A stretch of 32,000 nt of DNA from Methanococcus maripaludis (lineage in GTDB: Archaea; AGJL01; Methanococci; Methanococcales; Methanococcaceae), in contig NZ_CP026606.1 of the NCBI RefSeq assembly GCF_002945325.1, forward strand, positions 1 to 32,000, in the 5' to 3' direction. This document shows, one piece after another, positions 1-11,441 of the stretch. The notes beneath the pieces were generated by a model that saw nothing but the letters and a program-made list of their open reading frames with translations, searched no databases and was not told where the DNA came from. The stretch's first letter is position 1, and each line of letters begins with the position of its first letter. The position numbers and the translations under genes were made by a program.

Positions 1-42
1 AAGTTCATCAAAAAGTTCGTTATAATTCGATCCCATTTTCAC
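1..42 (-). CDS. N-terminus of an unidentified protein running off the left edge (VKMGSNYNELFDEL...)
   Basis: Reverse strand reads AGAAGG-N7-GTG AAA ATG GGA TCG AAT TAT AAC GAA CTT TTT GAT GAA CTT; RBS-like AGAAGG upstream. Too short to identify. Confidence 0.4.
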   Translation of the reverse strand, partial: MKMGSNYNELFDEL

Positions 43-439
43 AAATTTTCCTTCTATAATGTCCATATTACCACTTTTTAACTCTTTTAGGTAGTTCTAA
101 GTTAGTTCCAATTTACAGGGGTATAAACAAGAGATGAGATCATAGGTGCCTTGTTTTGTTCCTGCAATATATAGTCGTAATTTTTTAATTTTAAAACCTG
201 ATTTTTTAGAATTGCAGTTTTAATGTTCTTTTAATTCTAAAATTAGTTTTTTCGATAATTTAGGTTCTTTTAAATTCGGCAAAATTTTCAAAACGTTTTT
301 TGGCTTTTTCTAACCTTAAATCGCCTGTTTTGAATTTTTCGAATATTTACCAAATATATGGTCTGTAATCTAAGTTATTCTCACTTATGTCCTGTTTTAA
401 TATATATTTTTTAATCATTAATTTTCCAGTAAATGAATA

Positions 440-1204
440 TCAAACTCTCTGCCATGAAATATCATTTTCATCGAAAAATTCTACGTATTTTCTTTTATCT
501 TCGCCATACAACCCTTTCCAGTCGATTCCTACAAAATCAAATTCCTGTTTTGAAGTCAGCTGATTTAATATATTTTCAGAGAGTTTTGCATGTTTCGGGG
601 TCAAATATCCAACATAATATTCTTCTCTTAACGCGAGTTTTGTAAATTTAGGAGAATAGTGACCTCCCCCGATTCCGATTATTTTTTCTTTTTCATCGTA
701 TTCAGAATTTTGAATGGAATTTAATGTATCGATCAAGGAATTCGTAATAATTTCTGCTGCATCGTCAATCTGCCACTGTTCTTCACTGCTACCGATCTCT
801 ACAAATGCAGATGGGGCCTTTAAATCAGTTGGGCCGTGGTGTAGGACTTCAAAACTTACATCAAACCCTAATTCTTGATATTCTTCCATTTCATTGTATT
901 TATTCATATTTTGAAGCATTAATGTATTGAATACCGGGTTACATGGAGAAATTTCTTCTGGATTTCCACCATGTGAATTATCATCAGTTAAATTTCCGGG
1001 AGTATGTACTGTGAGTGTTGGTTTTTTGCTCTCGCTTGCATGTTTTGATAAAAATATATACATTTCAGATTGTGGAAACTCTGAATAATTTGTTTGAGTT
1101 GACTTTTTTTCAATATTAAATACACTGTATCCGTAATTTTCAACGTGTTTTTTAAGATTCTGACTTGCAGGGTCGGTTTCTGAAGAAATTAGTAAATAAT
1201 CCAT
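440..1204 (-). CDS. dtdA: D-aminoacyl-tRNA deacylase, archaeal DtdA type
   Basis: 254-aa ORF with GIGGGHYSPKFTKLAL and QHG/HHGPTDL-like segment typical of DtdA/GEK1 family (motif recognition). Confidence 0.85.
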   Translation of the reverse strand: MDYLLISSETDPASQNLKKHVENYGYSVFNIEKKSTQTNYSEFPQSEMYIFLSKHASESKKPTLTVHTPGNLTDDNSHGGNPEEISPCNPVFNTLMLQNMNKYNEMEEYQELGFDVSFEVLHHGPTDLKAPSAFVEIGSSEEQWQIDDAAEIITNSLIDTLNSIQNSEYDEKEKIIGIGGGHYSPKFTKLALREEYYVGYLTPKHAKLSENILNQLTSKQEFDFVGIDWKGLYGEDKRKYVEFFDENDISWQRV

Positions 1205-1531
1205 TTTAATCGCCTGAATTTGTTTGCAATGATTTGTTATTTTTAAATTAATAACCTCAATATTTATAGTTACTTTCGAATTTTTCTAAATACTCCTAAA
1301 AATAGCCTATTGAAAAGATGCTCTAAAAGATGTCAATTGAAAATATGAACTTAATTTAAAATGGTTATTATGTTAAAATTTTAAAAAATTGATATCCGTA
1401 CTCTATATATACCCCGTATTCTATAGTTAAAACGAAATATTATTTAATTCACAAAGTAACTTAGTGAATTTTTAAACTATGATTTTTATTTTGTCTATAT
1501 TTACTATAATTATATGAACTGTGGTGATTTA

Positions 1532-3526
1532 ATGGCTGAAGATACTAACGCGGTTGTCGAAGAAAGCTTATTTGATGAATTTAAAGAACACTCAATTTCA
1601 GAGTTTTTTAGGAAAAACAGGCACATGCTCGGTTACAGCGGTAGATTAAGAAGTATGACTACAATTGTACACGAACTTGTAACAAACAGCCTTGACGCAT
1701 GTGAAGAATCTGAAATTCTTCCTGAAATTGCGGTCGAAATCAAAAAAATAGGTTCTGAAACATTTGGAGTTAATATTGAGGATAACGGTCCAGGAATTCC
1801 TCCTGAATTTGTTCCAAAAGTATTTGGTAAGATGCTTGCAGGGTCAAAATTACACAGGCTGGTCCAGTCAAGAGGTCAGCAGGGTATCGGGGCTGCAGGT
1901 GTATTATTATTTGCGCAGATGACAACCGGAAAGCCATTAAAAATTACAACTTCAACTGGAAACGGTACTATTTATGAAATGGAAATTAAAATGAGTATCG
2001 AGAAAAACGAAGGGGATGTAGTTTCAAGAAACACTCGAGAAGGATTTTGGAGAGGAACTAGGGTTGAAGGAGAATTTAAAGATGTTACATACAATAGAAG
2101 AGAGCAAGGACCATTTGAATATTTAAGAAGGATCAGTCTTTCAGCACCGCACGCTAAAATTACTTTGGAAGATCCGGAAGAAACAATTGTTTTTGAAAGA
2201 ACTGTAAATGATATACCAGAAAGACCTGAAGTAATGAAACCACACCCATACGGGTTAACAACTGATGAATTACTTCACATTTCAAGAGTAACGGATTCTT
2301 CAAGAGTTTCAAGCATGTTAAATAGTGAACTTTCAAGAGTCACCATGAAAAGAATTAAGGAACTTGAAGAGTACGTTTTAAGAGATACGCTTCTTGAAAA
2401 CTACCGTTCAAGTGTATTTTGGGATACAATTGTAAGCTGTTACTTAAACTTTGATTTCACGAAATACTTTGATATATACGGCCATTATTTTGATAAAAAA
2501 GAAATTGAAGATGTAAAACAACTTATAAATGGCCTCCCTGAAGGTTTGGGTGAATTAAAAACTTACTGTATGAAATATCTTGTAACCCAATATTTGGTTC
2601 AAAAATTGGATGATGAAGAAATAAAAGAGATTAAAAATCATTTCAAGAAAAAACCTGAAAATTTCATGGAATACATGGATAAAAAATATTTAAATGCATC
2701 ACTACTTGATGAATTCAGAAGAAAATTGAAAAACATTACAAAATCTCCGGCAGAATTTGTAAAATCCCTCGTGGACCTTGCAATGGTTTCTGATACTGAG
2801 CTTGAAAAATACCGAAAATCAATCAAGGACCTTTTAAAGAAAAATCCAAAAGAAATGACTTGGAAAGATTCTGAAGTCATTGTAAATGTTTTACAGGATA
2901 TGGACTTTATGGCACCTTCAACAGTTGGATTAAGGCCAATTGGTGAGGAAAACATTGAAAAATCACTTAATACTCTTGAACCTGAGTTTTTAAAGACCCT
3001 GACAAGAAAACCTAAAACTTACAAGGGAGGAGTTCCTTTTGCAGTTGAAGTAGGTCTTGCTTATGGTGGAGAAGCTGGAAGAAGTGGTGATGAGTCACGA
3101 AAGATGGAAATCATGAGATTTTCAAATCACGTACCATTACTTTTTGATACCTCAGGTTGTGGTTTAACAAATGCTGTTAAAAGTGTTAACTGGAGAAGAT
3201 ATGGTCTTAGAAATGATGAAGATGCTCCAGTAACTGTATTTGTAAACCTTATTTCAACACACATCCCGTATACATCAGCAGGAAAACAGGCAATTGCATC
3301 AAGCAACGAAGAAAATGAAGAAATTTTCAATGAAATAAGGCAGTCTTTAATGATATGTGCAAGAGAGCTTGAAAAGCACATCTCAAAATTAAGAAAAGAA
3401 AAAGAAGAAGAACAGAAACGAAAATATGTTATGAAATATGCGGTAATTTTTGCAGAAGGGCTTGCAAGCATTACTGGAAGACCAAAAGAAGAAATAGAAG
3501 CAAATGTTGTTAATTTGCTTAGATAA
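1532..3526 (+). CDS. top6B: Type II DNA topoisomerase VI subunit B
   Basis: GHKL ATPase motifs ([45 protein letters not shown]). Start placed at ATG 1532 behind GGTGAT rather than at 1514. Confidence 0.95.
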   Translation: MAEDTNAVVEESLFDEFKEHSISEFFRKNRHMLGYSGRLRSMTTIVHELVTNSLDACEESEILPEIAVEIKKIGSETFGVNIEDNGPGIPPEFVPKVFGKMLAGSKLHRLVQSRGQQGIGAAGVLLFAQMTTGKPLKITTSTGNGTIYEMEIKMSIEKNEGDVVSRNTREGFWRGTRVEGEFKDVTYNRREQGPFEYLRRISLSAPHAKITLEDPEETIVFERTVNDIPERPEVMKPHPYGLTTDELLHISRVTDSSRVSSMLNSELSRVTMKRIKELEEYVLRDTLLENYRSSVFWDTIVSCYLNFDFTKYFDIYGHYFDKKEIEDVKQLINGLPEGLGELKTYCMKYLVTQYLVQKLDDEEIKEIKNHFKKKPENFMEYMDKKYLNASLLDEFRRKLKNITKSPAEFVKSLVDLAMVSDTELEKYRKSIKDLLKKNPKEMTWKDSEVIVNVLQDMDFMAPSTVGLRPIGEENIEKSLNTLEPEFLKTLTRKPKTYKGGVPFAVEVGLAYGGEAGRSGDESRKMEIMRFSNHVPLLFDTSGCGLTNAVKSVNWRRYGLRNDEDAPVTVFVNLISTHIPYTSAGKQAIASSNEENEEIFNEIRQSLMICARELEKHISKLRKEKEEEQKRKYVMKYAVIFAEGLASITGRPKEEIEANVVNLLR

Positions 3527-3667
3527 TTTTTTACTTTTTTTAAATTATTTTTTTATTTTGGAACCCTTTGAAAAATTTTAAAGAATTTTAAGAATCCACA
3601 AACTTCATTTAAAAAATTAATTATATTCGTTTTTTCATAATTTAATAAAACGAATTTGGGGGATTTT

Positions 3668-4555
3668 ATGCTATCAAAGGGGGCAGTTATCGATAAATTG
3701 AAGTCTTACAAACCATGCGAAAATTGTAATGGCCCAATTTCTAAAACAATTTCTATATGTGATTTAAATCTTGATGAAAGAAAAAGAAAATGTGTTTGTG
3801 GTCATTCGCAGTTAGATGATGTAATGCTTGACGTATTAAATTTAATGTCTGAGTATCATGAACTTCAAAATAATGATTTAAAAGCTGTAACTTTAAGGGA
3901 TGCTGGAACTCCGTTGGTCGAAATTGGATACCCTTTAAAATATCTGCCTGTTGTATCTAATGATGAATTAATTGTGATGAAAGATGTATCAAAAGCTTGT
4001 GCAACAGAAATATTAAAAATACCCGAAGTTAAAGGGGTTATTTCAAATAACTCAAAAAATAATAGCTTTAATCGTCCAGAAGACTCTGGCGAAGTAAATA
4101 CACTCATTGCGGGAGACGATTTTAGATGCGACATTTTTGTTTTAAAATCGATCATGGACTGCGTCGTTATATGTAAAAACCAGTCAAAAGTTCACATCGA
4201 ATTTCCACGACCATTTAATCCAAAAATTGCAAAAATTGACCGTTTAAATCTTAAGGGAAAGGTGGTGGTCGATGGATTCTGCGGATCTGGAACTTTGGGG
4301 CTGGCAGCACTAAAAAAAGGTGCAAAAAAGGTTATATTTTCAGACATAAATCCCCATGCATTAAAAGATGTTATATATAACTTAAAGCTAAACTTTTCAA
4401 AAGACGTATTCGAAAAAGTTGAAATTATTAATTCTAACTTTTTAAATCTGGATATCACAGGAGATGTCTGCTTTGTAGATTTATTCCCTCACATGGATAG
4501 GGAACCTTTTTTAAACAAAGCAAAAACAATTTCTAAACAAATAGTACTTATTTAA
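3668..4555 (+). CDS. Predicted SAM-dependent methyltransferase with N-terminal Cys-rich segment
   Basis: Motif I-like VVVDGFCGSGTLGLAALKKGAKKVIFSDINPHAL, motif IV-like VCFVDLFPHMD, CENCNG / CVCGHSQ cysteines. ATG 3668 follows GGGGGAT. Confidence 0.7.
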   Translation: MLSKGAVIDKLKSYKPCENCNGPISKTISICDLNLDERKRKCVCGHSQLDDVMLDVLNLMSEYHELQNNDLKAVTLRDAGTPLVEIGYPLKYLPVVSNDELIVMKDVSKACATEILKIPEVKGVISNNSKNNSFNRPEDSGEVNTLIAGDDFRCDIFVLKSIMDCVVICKNQSKVHIEFPRPFNPKIAKIDRLNLKGKVVVDGFCGSGTLGLAALKKGAKKVIFSDINPHALKDVIYNLKLNFSKDVFEKVEIINSNFLNLDITGDVCFVDLFPHMDREPFLNKAKTISKQIVLI

Positions 4556-4562
4556 ACGTGAA

Positions 4563-5369
4563 ATGATGAAAAAGTCTAAAAAATTAGGCCAATGTTTTTT
4601 AAAAGATAAAAATTTTGTTAAAAAAGCAATTAATCGTGCAGAACTAAACGATAAAGATATAGTTTTGGAAGTGGGGCTTGGAGAAGGGGCACTGACAAAA
4701 GAACTTGCTAAAATTGCAAAAAAAGTTTATGTAATTGAACTTGATGAACGGTTAAAACCTTTTGCAGATGAAATAACTGCTGAATTTGAAAATGTTGAAA
4801 TTATATGGTCAGATGCTTTAAAAGTTGACTTAAAAAGTATTGAATTCAATAAAATCGTTGCAAATTTACCTTACCAGATTTCTTCGCCAATAACATTTAA
4901 ATTTTTAGAAGAAGATTTTGAAACGGCAGTTCTAATGTATCAGTACGAATTTGCAAAAAGAATGGCTGGAAAACCAGATACTAAGGAATACAGTAGGTTA
5001 AGCGTTGCAGTACAGTATAATGCAGATGTTGAATTTATCTGTAAAGTTCCCCCAAGTGCATTTTCTCCAAAACCGGATGTAAATTCTGCAATTGTAAAAT
5101 TAACTAAAAGGGAACCTAAATATCATGTCAAAGATGAAGAATTTTTCAAAAAAGTTTTAAAAGCTATGTTCCAGCATAGGAATAGAACAGTTAAACGAGC
5201 ATTGATTGATTCAAGCCATGAAATTGAAATTGACCGCGATAATTTAAAAGAAATTTTGGAAAAAATTGAAAATGAGTTTGATTTTACAGAACGTGTATTT
5301 AAAACTCCGCCTGAAAAAATTGGGCATTTAAGCAATTTATTGTATGGCGAAATGTTAAATTTGGAGTAA
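4563..5369 (+). CDS. ksgA: 16S rRNA adenine-N6,N6 dimethyltransferase KsgA/RsmA
   Basis: KLGQCFLKD, VLEVGLGEGALTKELA, IVANLPYQISSPITFKFL, SAFSPKPDVNSAIVKL. Confidence 0.95.
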   Translation: MMKKSKKLGQCFLKDKNFVKKAINRAELNDKDIVLEVGLGEGALTKELAKIAKKVYVIELDERLKPFADEITAEFENVEIIWSDALKVDLKSIEFNKIVANLPYQISSPITFKFLEEDFETAVLMYQYEFAKRMAGKPDTKEYSRLSVAVQYNADVEFICKVPPSAFSPKPDVNSAIVKLTKREPKYHVKDEEFFKKVLKAMFQHRNRTVKRALIDSSHEIEIDRDNLKEILEKIENEFDFTERVFKTPPEKIGHLSNLLYGEMLNLE

Positions 5370-5373
5370 AATC

Positions 5374-6249
5374 ATGAAAATCACAGTACTTTATTCCGGA
5401 AACTACGGTGAAAGAATATTGAATACGATTTTAGAAAAGTTTGCCCAGAATATCGTTTCAATTCATGAAATTCCTGAAAATTTACCCGAATACATTGATG
5501 ATGTGACTGAATATGTTCCAGAAAATTTAAAAGACTCTGATTTAATAATTTCAGTTGGCCTTTTTGGAGATATTAATTCAATAGTATGTGATATTGCTAA
5601 AAAAACAAATGCAAAATCGATAATTATCGAGTCACACAGTCCAAAACAGATTACAAGGGGGTTAAAATCTGAAATTTCAGATATTTTAACAGGGATAAAA
5701 ATTGTGTTTCCAAAACCGTTCTGTTCTTTAAAACCAGTTGGAGATAAATACATTGATGAATTTGCACAATATTTTGGATCTCCCGAAATTGAGATTATTG
5801 GGGAAACTATCGTTAAATCTGTAACTGTAAATCGAAATGCACCATGCGGTTCAACAAAATATGTTGCAGAGAACTTAACAGGATACCCTTTGGTCGAGGT
5901 TGAATTTGAATCCGGAAATAAACTTCACAATTACCCCTGTCTTGCATCAATGGACATTGATAATGAAATTGGGGATACAATTCTACACCTTGCAGGATAT
6001 AAAATAAAAGAAGCTGTTAAAAAATCTTTGAAGTTTTCAAATAAAATTTTAACAGTAACTAATGATTGCAAAGGGTTTGAATGCGGATTTAAATGCTACA
6101 AAATATGTCCTGTTGTTAAAATGGGTGAAAAGGCAGTAGAAGTCGAAAAAACGCATGTAAATATAAATAATCTGTTCTGCGGTTGCTGCATGAAATGTGT
6201 AGATATATGTCCTTTCAACGCCATTAAAGTTTTGAATTATAAAATATAA
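5374..6249 (+). CDS. DUF166-like protein with C-terminal ferredoxin-like Fe-S domain
   Basis: N-terminal YSGNYGERILNTI; central NRNAPCGSTKYVAENLTG and LHNYPCLASM; C-terminal CGCCMKCVDICPFNAI and CKGFECGFKCYKICP. Resembles 15528..16184. Confidence 0.75.
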   Translation: MKITVLYSGNYGERILNTILEKFAQNIVSIHEIPENLPEYIDDVTEYVPENLKDSDLIISVGLFGDINSIVCDIAKKTNAKSIIIESHSPKQITRGLKSEISDILTGIKIVFPKPFCSLKPVGDKYIDEFAQYFGSPEIEIIGETIVKSVTVNRNAPCGSTKYVAENLTGYPLVEVEFESGNKLHNYPCLASMDIDNEIGDTILHLAGYKIKEAVKKSLKFSNKILTVTNDCKGFECGFKCYKICPVVKMGEKAVEVEKTHVNINNLFCGCCMKCVDICPFNAIKVLNYKI

Positions 6250-6361
6250 TTACCAAATATGTTTATTTATTCAAAACTCCTTTTTTTAATTAAATTTTAG
6301 ACTTAACAACAATATTTAACCTTTAAATATAATTACTGGTAATTTAATGCCGGTTGTGCTA

Positions 6362-6377
6362 AACTATATATATTTTA
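6362..6377 (+). promoter_or_regulatory. Candidate TATA box region of the CODH/ACS operon
   Basis: aactatatatatttta about 45 nt upstream of the cdhA start codon. Confidence 0.5.
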
Positions 6378-6380
6378 AAA

Positions 6381-6400
6381 TGTCATTATAAATCATGACA
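6381..6400. promoter_or_regulatory. Perfect 6-8-6 dyad TGTCAT-N8-ATGACA between TATA box and cdhA start
   Basis: Arms 6381-6386 and 6395-6400 are exact reverse complements. Confidence 0.4.
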
Positions 6401-6414
6401 ATTCGGTGATGGTC

Positions 6415-8751
6415 ATGACGTATAAAAAAATGGATAAAAAACTTGACAACGATTTTTGGAAGACTAAAAATCTTTCATTAACCATTGGTGAAGTCTCTAT
6501 CGGCAAGCCCAAACAAGAGTTGGACGAGCCAATGGGGCCCACACCAAAACCAAGTGTTACAGACCTGAGATCTTGGGATTTCAAGCTATTAAAGCGTTAT
6601 CCTCCTTTCTATGCACCTTTCTGTGATATGTGCTGTTTATGTACGTACGGAAAGTGTGATTTACTTGGTAAAAAAGGCGCTTGTGGAATTGATGCGGAAG
6701 CTCAACAGGCAAGAACTGTTCTTTTAGCATCGTGCATCGGAACTGCAGCTCATGCAGGACATGGAAGACACATGCTCCACCACGTAATCAAAGAAAAAGG
6801 AAAAGATTTCCCAATAGATATGGGTAAAAATATCGATATAGAAGCTCCGATAATAAGAACGATCATTGGTAAAAAACCAGTAACAGTTTCAGATTTGGAC
6901 GAATCTTTATCTTACGTCGAAGAACAGTTATCGCATCTTCTTTCAGCATGTCATACAGGTCAAGAAGGAAACGCTCTTGATTTTGAATCTAAAGCACTTC
7001 ACGCAGGAATGATGGATGATCTTGCAAGGGAAGTAGCAGATATTACTCAAATTGTTGCATATGACATGCCAAGAGGAGATGGTGACGAACCACTTGTAGA
7101 ACTGGGTCTTGGAACAGTAGATAAAGATAAACCCGTGGTGCTCTGTATTGGTCACAACGTAGCACCTGGTGCAGAAATACTCGATTATGTTGAAGATAAC
7201 GATCTTTACGAAGACGTTGAAATTTGTGGTATCTGCTGTACTGCAATAGATATAACCAGGTACAACCAAGCTGCAAAAGTTATCGGTCCGCTATCAAAAC
7301 AGATGAAATTCATCAGGAGTGGTGTTTCAGATGTTATCGTAGTTGATGAACAGTGTGTTAGAACAGATGTTTTGGAAGAAGCTAAGCGAAATGGTGCAGT
7401 GGTTATTGCAACGACTGACAAAATGTGTCTTGGACTTTCAGATATGACAAAAGAAGACCCTGAATTAATCATTAACGAACTTGTTAACGGAAAAATTGAT
7501 GGCGCACTTATACTTGAGCCTAAAAAGGTAGGAAAAGTTGCAGTGGAAGTTGCTAAAAAAATTGCAAAAAGAAGAGAATCTTTAAAATGTCTTCCAGATA
7601 TTTCTGAAATTCCTGAAATTGCAAAAGAATGTACAGAATGCGGTTGGTGTGTTCGAGTCTGCCCAAACAACAGGCCTATAATGGATGCAGTAACTTCCGC
7701 AGCTAAAGGGGATCTCAAAAAACTTGCAGACCTTTATGAATACGATATGTGCTACACATGTGGACGGTGCGAAGAAGAATGTGAGAGAAACTTGCCACTA
7801 GTTTCATTCATCACAAAAGCTGGAGACCACTTTGTAAAAAACCAGAAATTCAAAATGAGGGCAGGAAGAGGCCCTGTTCAAGATGTCGAAATTAGGAAGG
7901 TGGGTGGTCCTATCGTTTTAGGGGATATTCCTGGCGTAGTTGCATTTGTTGGATGTTCCAACTTCCCAAACGGCGGAATAGAAATTGCTAAAATGGCAGA
8001 AGAACTCCTAAAAAGAAGTTACATCGTTGTAGCAACAGGGTGTTCTGCAATGTCAATTGGAGAATATGTTGATGAAGATGGACTGACACTCTATGAAAAA
8101 TATGAAGGAATTTTTGATGCTAGCGGACTTGCAAATATCGGTTCATGTGTTTCAAATGCCCATATTTCAGGAGCATGTATCAAAATTGCAAACATCTTTG
8201 CTAAAAAGCCACTTTCTGGAAACTTCGAAGAAGTTGCAGACTATATCTTAAACAGAGTTGGTACCTGTGGTGTAGCTTGGGGTGCATTTTCCCAAAAAGC
8301 AGCTGCAATTGCCGCCGGAGTTAACCGATGGGGTATTCCTGCAGTACTTGGACCACACAGTTCAAAATACAGAAGACTCTATCTTGGTAGAATCGATAAA
8401 GAAGAGATGTGGGATCTTAACGATTTAAGAACTGGCGAAACGGTTAAAGGGGAACCTGCTCCAGAACATCTGCTTTATGCTGCAGAAACCATGGAAGAAG
8501 CACTTGTAAGTACCGTAAAGATGTGCATAAGGCCAAATGATACGCCTAAAGGAAGACAGTTAAAACTTTCAAATTACATAGATTTATACAAAAAATACTT
8601 TGGCGAATTACCACCTGACTTAGAATTATTTGTAAGAACCGAAAGAGACATTCCAATTACCCACAAAAAAGAAGTAATGGATGACTTAACAAGCAAAAAC
8701 TGGACTCCAAGGGAAGCTCCAAAAGAACCCTCATTACTCGAGAGGAAATAG
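6415..8751 (+). CDS. cdhA: CO dehydrogenase/acetyl-CoA synthase complex subunit alpha (CdhA)
   Basis: [60 protein letters not shown] 6415 follows GGTGATGG. Confidence 0.97.
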   Translation: MTYKKMDKKLDNDFWKTKNLSLTIGEVSIGKPKQELDEPMGPTPKPSVTDLRSWDFKLLKRYPPFYAPFCDMCCLCTYGKCDLLGKKGACGIDAEAQQARTVLLASCIGTAAHAGHGRHMLHHVIKEKGKDFPIDMGKNIDIEAPIIRTIIGKKPVTVSDLDESLSYVEEQLSHLLSACHTGQEGNALDFESKALHAGMMDDLAREVADITQIVAYDMPRGDGDEPLVELGLGTVDKDKPVVLCIGHNVAPGAEILDYVEDNDLYEDVEICGICCTAIDITRYNQAAKVIGPLSKQMKFIRSGVSDVIVVDEQCVRTDVLEEAKRNGAVVIATTDKMCLGLSDMTKEDPELIINELVNGKIDGALILEPKKVGKVAVEVAKKIAKRRESLKCLPDISEIPEIAKECTECGWCVRVCPNNRPIMDAVTSAAKGDLKKLADLYEYDMCYTCGRCEEECERNLPLVSFITKAGDHFVKNQKFKMRAGRGPVQDVEIRKVGGPIVLGDIPGVVAFVGCSNFPNGGIEIAKMAEELLKRSYIVVATGCSAMSIGEYVDEDGLTLYEKYEGIFDASGLANIGSCVSNAHISGACIKIANIFAKKPLSGNFEEVADYILNRVGTCGVAWGAFSQKAAAIAAGVNRWGIPAVLGPHSSKYRRLYLGRIDKEEMWDLNDLRTGETVKGEPAPEHLLYAAETMEEALVSTVKMCIRPNDTPKGRQLKLSNYIDLYKKYFGELPPDLELFVRTERDIPITHKKEVMDDLTSKNWTPREAPKEPSLLERK

Positions 8752-8760
8752 GGTGAAAAA

Positions 8761-9279
8761 ATGGATGGAGATAGAACAACCCCGTGGCAACCAACTGTAA
8801 TTGCAGGTCCAAAACACGGAATGCTTGTAACTCCTGCAATTGCAAAAATGATGTTGAAAAAGGCTAAAAATCCATTGTTTGTGATCGGGCCTCTTATAAA
8901 AGATGATGATGGGTTAATTTCACTCTGCAAAAATATTGTGGAAGCTTGGAATCTACCTGTAGTCGCTACTGGAAATATTTACAAATCTTTAACTGAAAAT
9001 GGAATCAAATCTAAAAGATACGGTACAATTGAGATTGTAAATCTTTTGAAGGATCCTGAATGGAAAGGAATAAACAGTGAAGGACAGCACGACCTTGTAT
9101 TATTTATCGGGGTTACTTACTACCTCGCATCGCAAGGCCTTTCATCACTCAAACATTTTGCACCGCATTTGAAAACAGTGACACTTTGCAAATACTTTCA
9201 TTCAAATGCCGATGCATCATTCCCAAATATGTCTGATTCTGAATGGACAAACTACTTAGAAAAAATGTCAAAAATTTAA
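8761..9279 (+). CDS. cdhB: CO dehydrogenase/acetyl-CoA synthase complex subunit epsilon (CdhB)
   Basis: [30 protein letters not shown]-like [25 protein letters not shown]; position between cdhA and cdhC. Confidence 0.95.
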   Translation: MDGDRTTPWQPTVIAGPKHGMLVTPAIAKMMLKKAKNPLFVIGPLIKDDDGLISLCKNIVEAWNLPVVATGNIYKSLTENGIKSKRYGTIEIVNLLKDPEWKGINSEGQHDLVLFIGVTYYLASQGLSSLKHFAPHLKTVTLCKYFHSNADASFPNMSDSEWTNYLEKMSKI

Positions 9280-9290
9280 GGGAGATACTC

Positions 9291-10664
9291 ATGTTTGGAG
9301 ACATACCTGTTGAAATAAGTCCTATGTATGAAGGAGAAAGAATAAGGGCAGCAAACATGTTCGTAGAACTTGCGGGGCCCAAATCAGTTGGTGCAGAGCT
9401 AGTTTTAGTTTCTGACAATGTAGAAGATGGGAAAATTGAAATTATCGGTCCAGAACTCAAAGACATGGAAGAAGGAAATAAATACCCATTTGGATTATTA
9501 ATGGAAGTTTCTGGAGAAAAACTTGAAAAAGATCTCGAAGGAGTAATTGAAAGAAGAATTCACGAAATTTGTAACTATGTTCAGGGATTTATGCACTTAA
9601 ATCAAAGAGACAAAATCTGGTGTAGGGTTGGTAAAGATTCCTATTCAAAAGGTTTTGAATTAAAGCATCTTGGACAGGCTCTTTCGACACTCTTTAAAGA
9701 CGAATTTCCAATCATTGAAGCAATTTCAATCACAATATTTACTGAAGAAGAAAAAGTAAAAGAATTCGTTGAAAAAGCAGTTTCAGAATACCAAACAAGA
9801 GACAGTAAAGCCAGAGATTTGAGTGAAGAAGACGTTGATGTATTTTATGGATGTATCATGTGTCAATCATTTGCTCCAACTCACGTTTGTGTAATCACGC
9901 CCGATAGACCCGCTTTGTGTGGTGGAATCAATTGGTTTGATTGTAGGGCGGCTGCAAAAATTGATCCTGAAGGTCCAATATTTGAAATTCCAAAAGGGGA
10001 TTTGTTAGATCCAGTTACTGGAGAATACACTACGTTAAATGCAACTGTTGCAGATAAATCACAGAGTACATTTGACAAAGTATATTTACACAGTATTTTT
10101 GGACACCCGCACACATCATGCGGATGTTTTGAAGCTGTAGCATTTTATATTCCAGAAGTAGATGGAATTGGAATTGTTCACAGGGATTTCAAAGGAGATA
10201 CCCCAATGGGAATTCCATTTTCGGCAATGGCAGGACAGTGTTCTGGTGGAAAACAGGTTGAAGGATTTGCTGGTCTTTGTATTGAGTATATGAGATCCCC
10301 AAAATTCTTGCAGGCTGATGGTGGATACGAAAGAATCGTCTGGCTTCCAAAAGGAATAAAAGATAGGGTCATCGAATCGATTCCCGAGGAATTAAGAGAC
10401 AAAATTGCAACCGAAGAAGATGTTTCAAGCATTCACAACTTGAAAAAATTCTTGAACGAAAAAGACCACCCTGTTCTCAAAAGAATTGCTGAATTAGAAA
10501 CACCTGTTGAAGAACAAATGGAAGAAGATGAGGCAGAACCTGCAGGGGAACTCGTTCAATTTGCACAGATTCCTGAAATGGCAATTCCTACATCCGGTGG
10601 AATTAAAATTATACTTAAAAATGCGAAAATTTACGCTGAAAAAATTATCATAAAAAAGAAATAG
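9291..10664 (+). CDS. cdhC: CO dehydrogenase/acetyl-CoA synthase complex subunit beta (CdhC, acetyl-CoA synthase)
   Basis: CIMCQSFAPTHVCVITPDRPALCGGINWFDCRAA, HTSCGCFEAVAFYIPEVDGIGIVHR, GQCSGGKQVEGFAG. Start moved to ATG 9291 (MFGDIPVEISPMYEGE) after GGGAG. Confidence 0.96.
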   Translation: MFGDIPVEISPMYEGERIRAANMFVELAGPKSVGAELVLVSDNVEDGKIEIIGPELKDMEEGNKYPFGLLMEVSGEKLEKDLEGVIERRIHEICNYVQGFMHLNQRDKIWCRVGKDSYSKGFELKHLGQALSTLFKDEFPIIEAISITIFTEEEKVKEFVEKAVSEYQTRDSKARDLSEEDVDVFYGCIMCQSFAPTHVCVITPDRPALCGGINWFDCRAAAKIDPEGPIFEIPKGDLLDPVTGEYTTLNATVADKSQSTFDKVYLHSIFGHPHTSCGCFEAVAFYIPEVDGIGIVHRDFKGDTPMGIPFSAMAGQCSGGKQVEGFAGLCIEYMRSPKFLQADGGYERIVWLPKGIKDRVIESIPEELRDKIATEEDVSSIHNLKKFLNEKDHPVLKRIAELETPVEEQMEEDEAEPAGELVQFAQIPEMAIPTSGGIKIILKNAKIYAEKIIIKKK

Positions 10665-10674
10665 GCTGTTAAAA

Positions 10675-11427
10675 ATGATTATTGCAGTTACTGGAAAAGG
10701 CGGAGTTGGAAAAACTCTTCTTTCATCTTTAATAATTAGGAATCTTACTAAAAGTGGAAAAAACATCTTGGCAATAGATGCAGATCCAGATTCCAACCTC
10801 CCTGAAGCTCTTGGGGTGGAAGTGACAAAAACCGTTGGAGATGCAAGGGAAGAGTTAAAAAAAGAAGTTAGATCTGGAAATACATCTCCAGAAATGGATA
10901 TGTGGAATAGTTTAGACTATAAAATTATGGAATCAATTATAGAAACTCCAGAATTTGATCTTCTTGTAATGGGCCGACCTGAAGGAAGTGGCTGTTACTG
11001 CGCTGTGAATAACATGCTCAGAAAAATCATTGAAACAGTTTCTTCAAATTATGATATTGTAGTAATTGATACAGAGGCAGGACTCGAACATTTGAGCAGA
11101 AGAACTACCCAAAATGTTGATACTCTACTTGTAGTTACTGATTCATCAAAAAGAGGAATTTTAACTGCTAGCAGAATAAAAGAGCTTGCAAAAGAACTGG
11201 ATATCAGCTTTAAAAATTTATACCTTGTATTAAATAGGATAAAACCTGAAAACGAAGAAAACGTTCGTGAAACGGTTAAAGACTTCGGTCTAGATATTAT
11301 TGGAATAATATACGACGACGAACTTACAGAAAGCTATGATATGGAAGGAAAACCATTATTTGAACTTCCTGATGATTCAGAGACTGTAAATTCCGTTTCA
11401 AAAATCGTTGAAAAAATCTTAGGATAA
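10675..11427 (+). CDS. cooC: CooC-like nickel-insertion ATPase
   Basis: Deviant Walker A GKGGVGKT, DADPDSNL, CYC (CxC) in PEGSGCYCAVNNMLR, DTEAGLEHLSR. Confidence 0.88.
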   Translation: MIIAVTGKGGVGKTLLSSLIIRNLTKSGKNILAIDADPDSNLPEALGVEVTKTVGDAREELKKEVRSGNTSPEMDMWNSLDYKIMESIIETPEFDLLVMGRPEGSGCYCAVNNMLRKIIETVSSNYDIVVIDTEAGLEHLSRRTTQNVDTLLVVTDSSKRGILTASRIKELAKELDISFKNLYLVLNRIKPENEENVRETVKDFGLDIIGIIYDDELTESYDMEGKPLFELPDDSETVNSVSKIVEKILG

Positions 11428-11441
11428 CGGGATGTGAAATC

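Noticed and set aside
433-645. Plus-strand ORF of 70 aa
   Set aside because: Lies antisense to the well-supported dtdA gene, with no SD or recognisable motif.
1514-1531. Upstream ATG (MNCGDL) for top6B
   Set aside because: The GGTGAT SD lies inside this extension and is well placed for ATG 1532.
2638-3471. Minus-strand ORFs (105 and 114 aa) inside top6B
   Set aside because: Shadow ORFs antisense to a strong conserved gene.
1532-3526. Absence of a neighbouring top6A considered as an anomaly
   Set aside because: I recall that subunit genes are unlinked in Methanococcales such as M. jannaschii, so this is probably normal.
6943-7718. Minus-strand ORFs inside cdhA
   Set aside because: Antisense shadows of a conserved coding sequence; compositions are atypical.
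9243-9290. N-terminal extension of cdhC overlapping cdhB
   Set aside because: The MFGDIP start at 9291 has a GGGAG SD; the extension overlaps cdhB in another frame.
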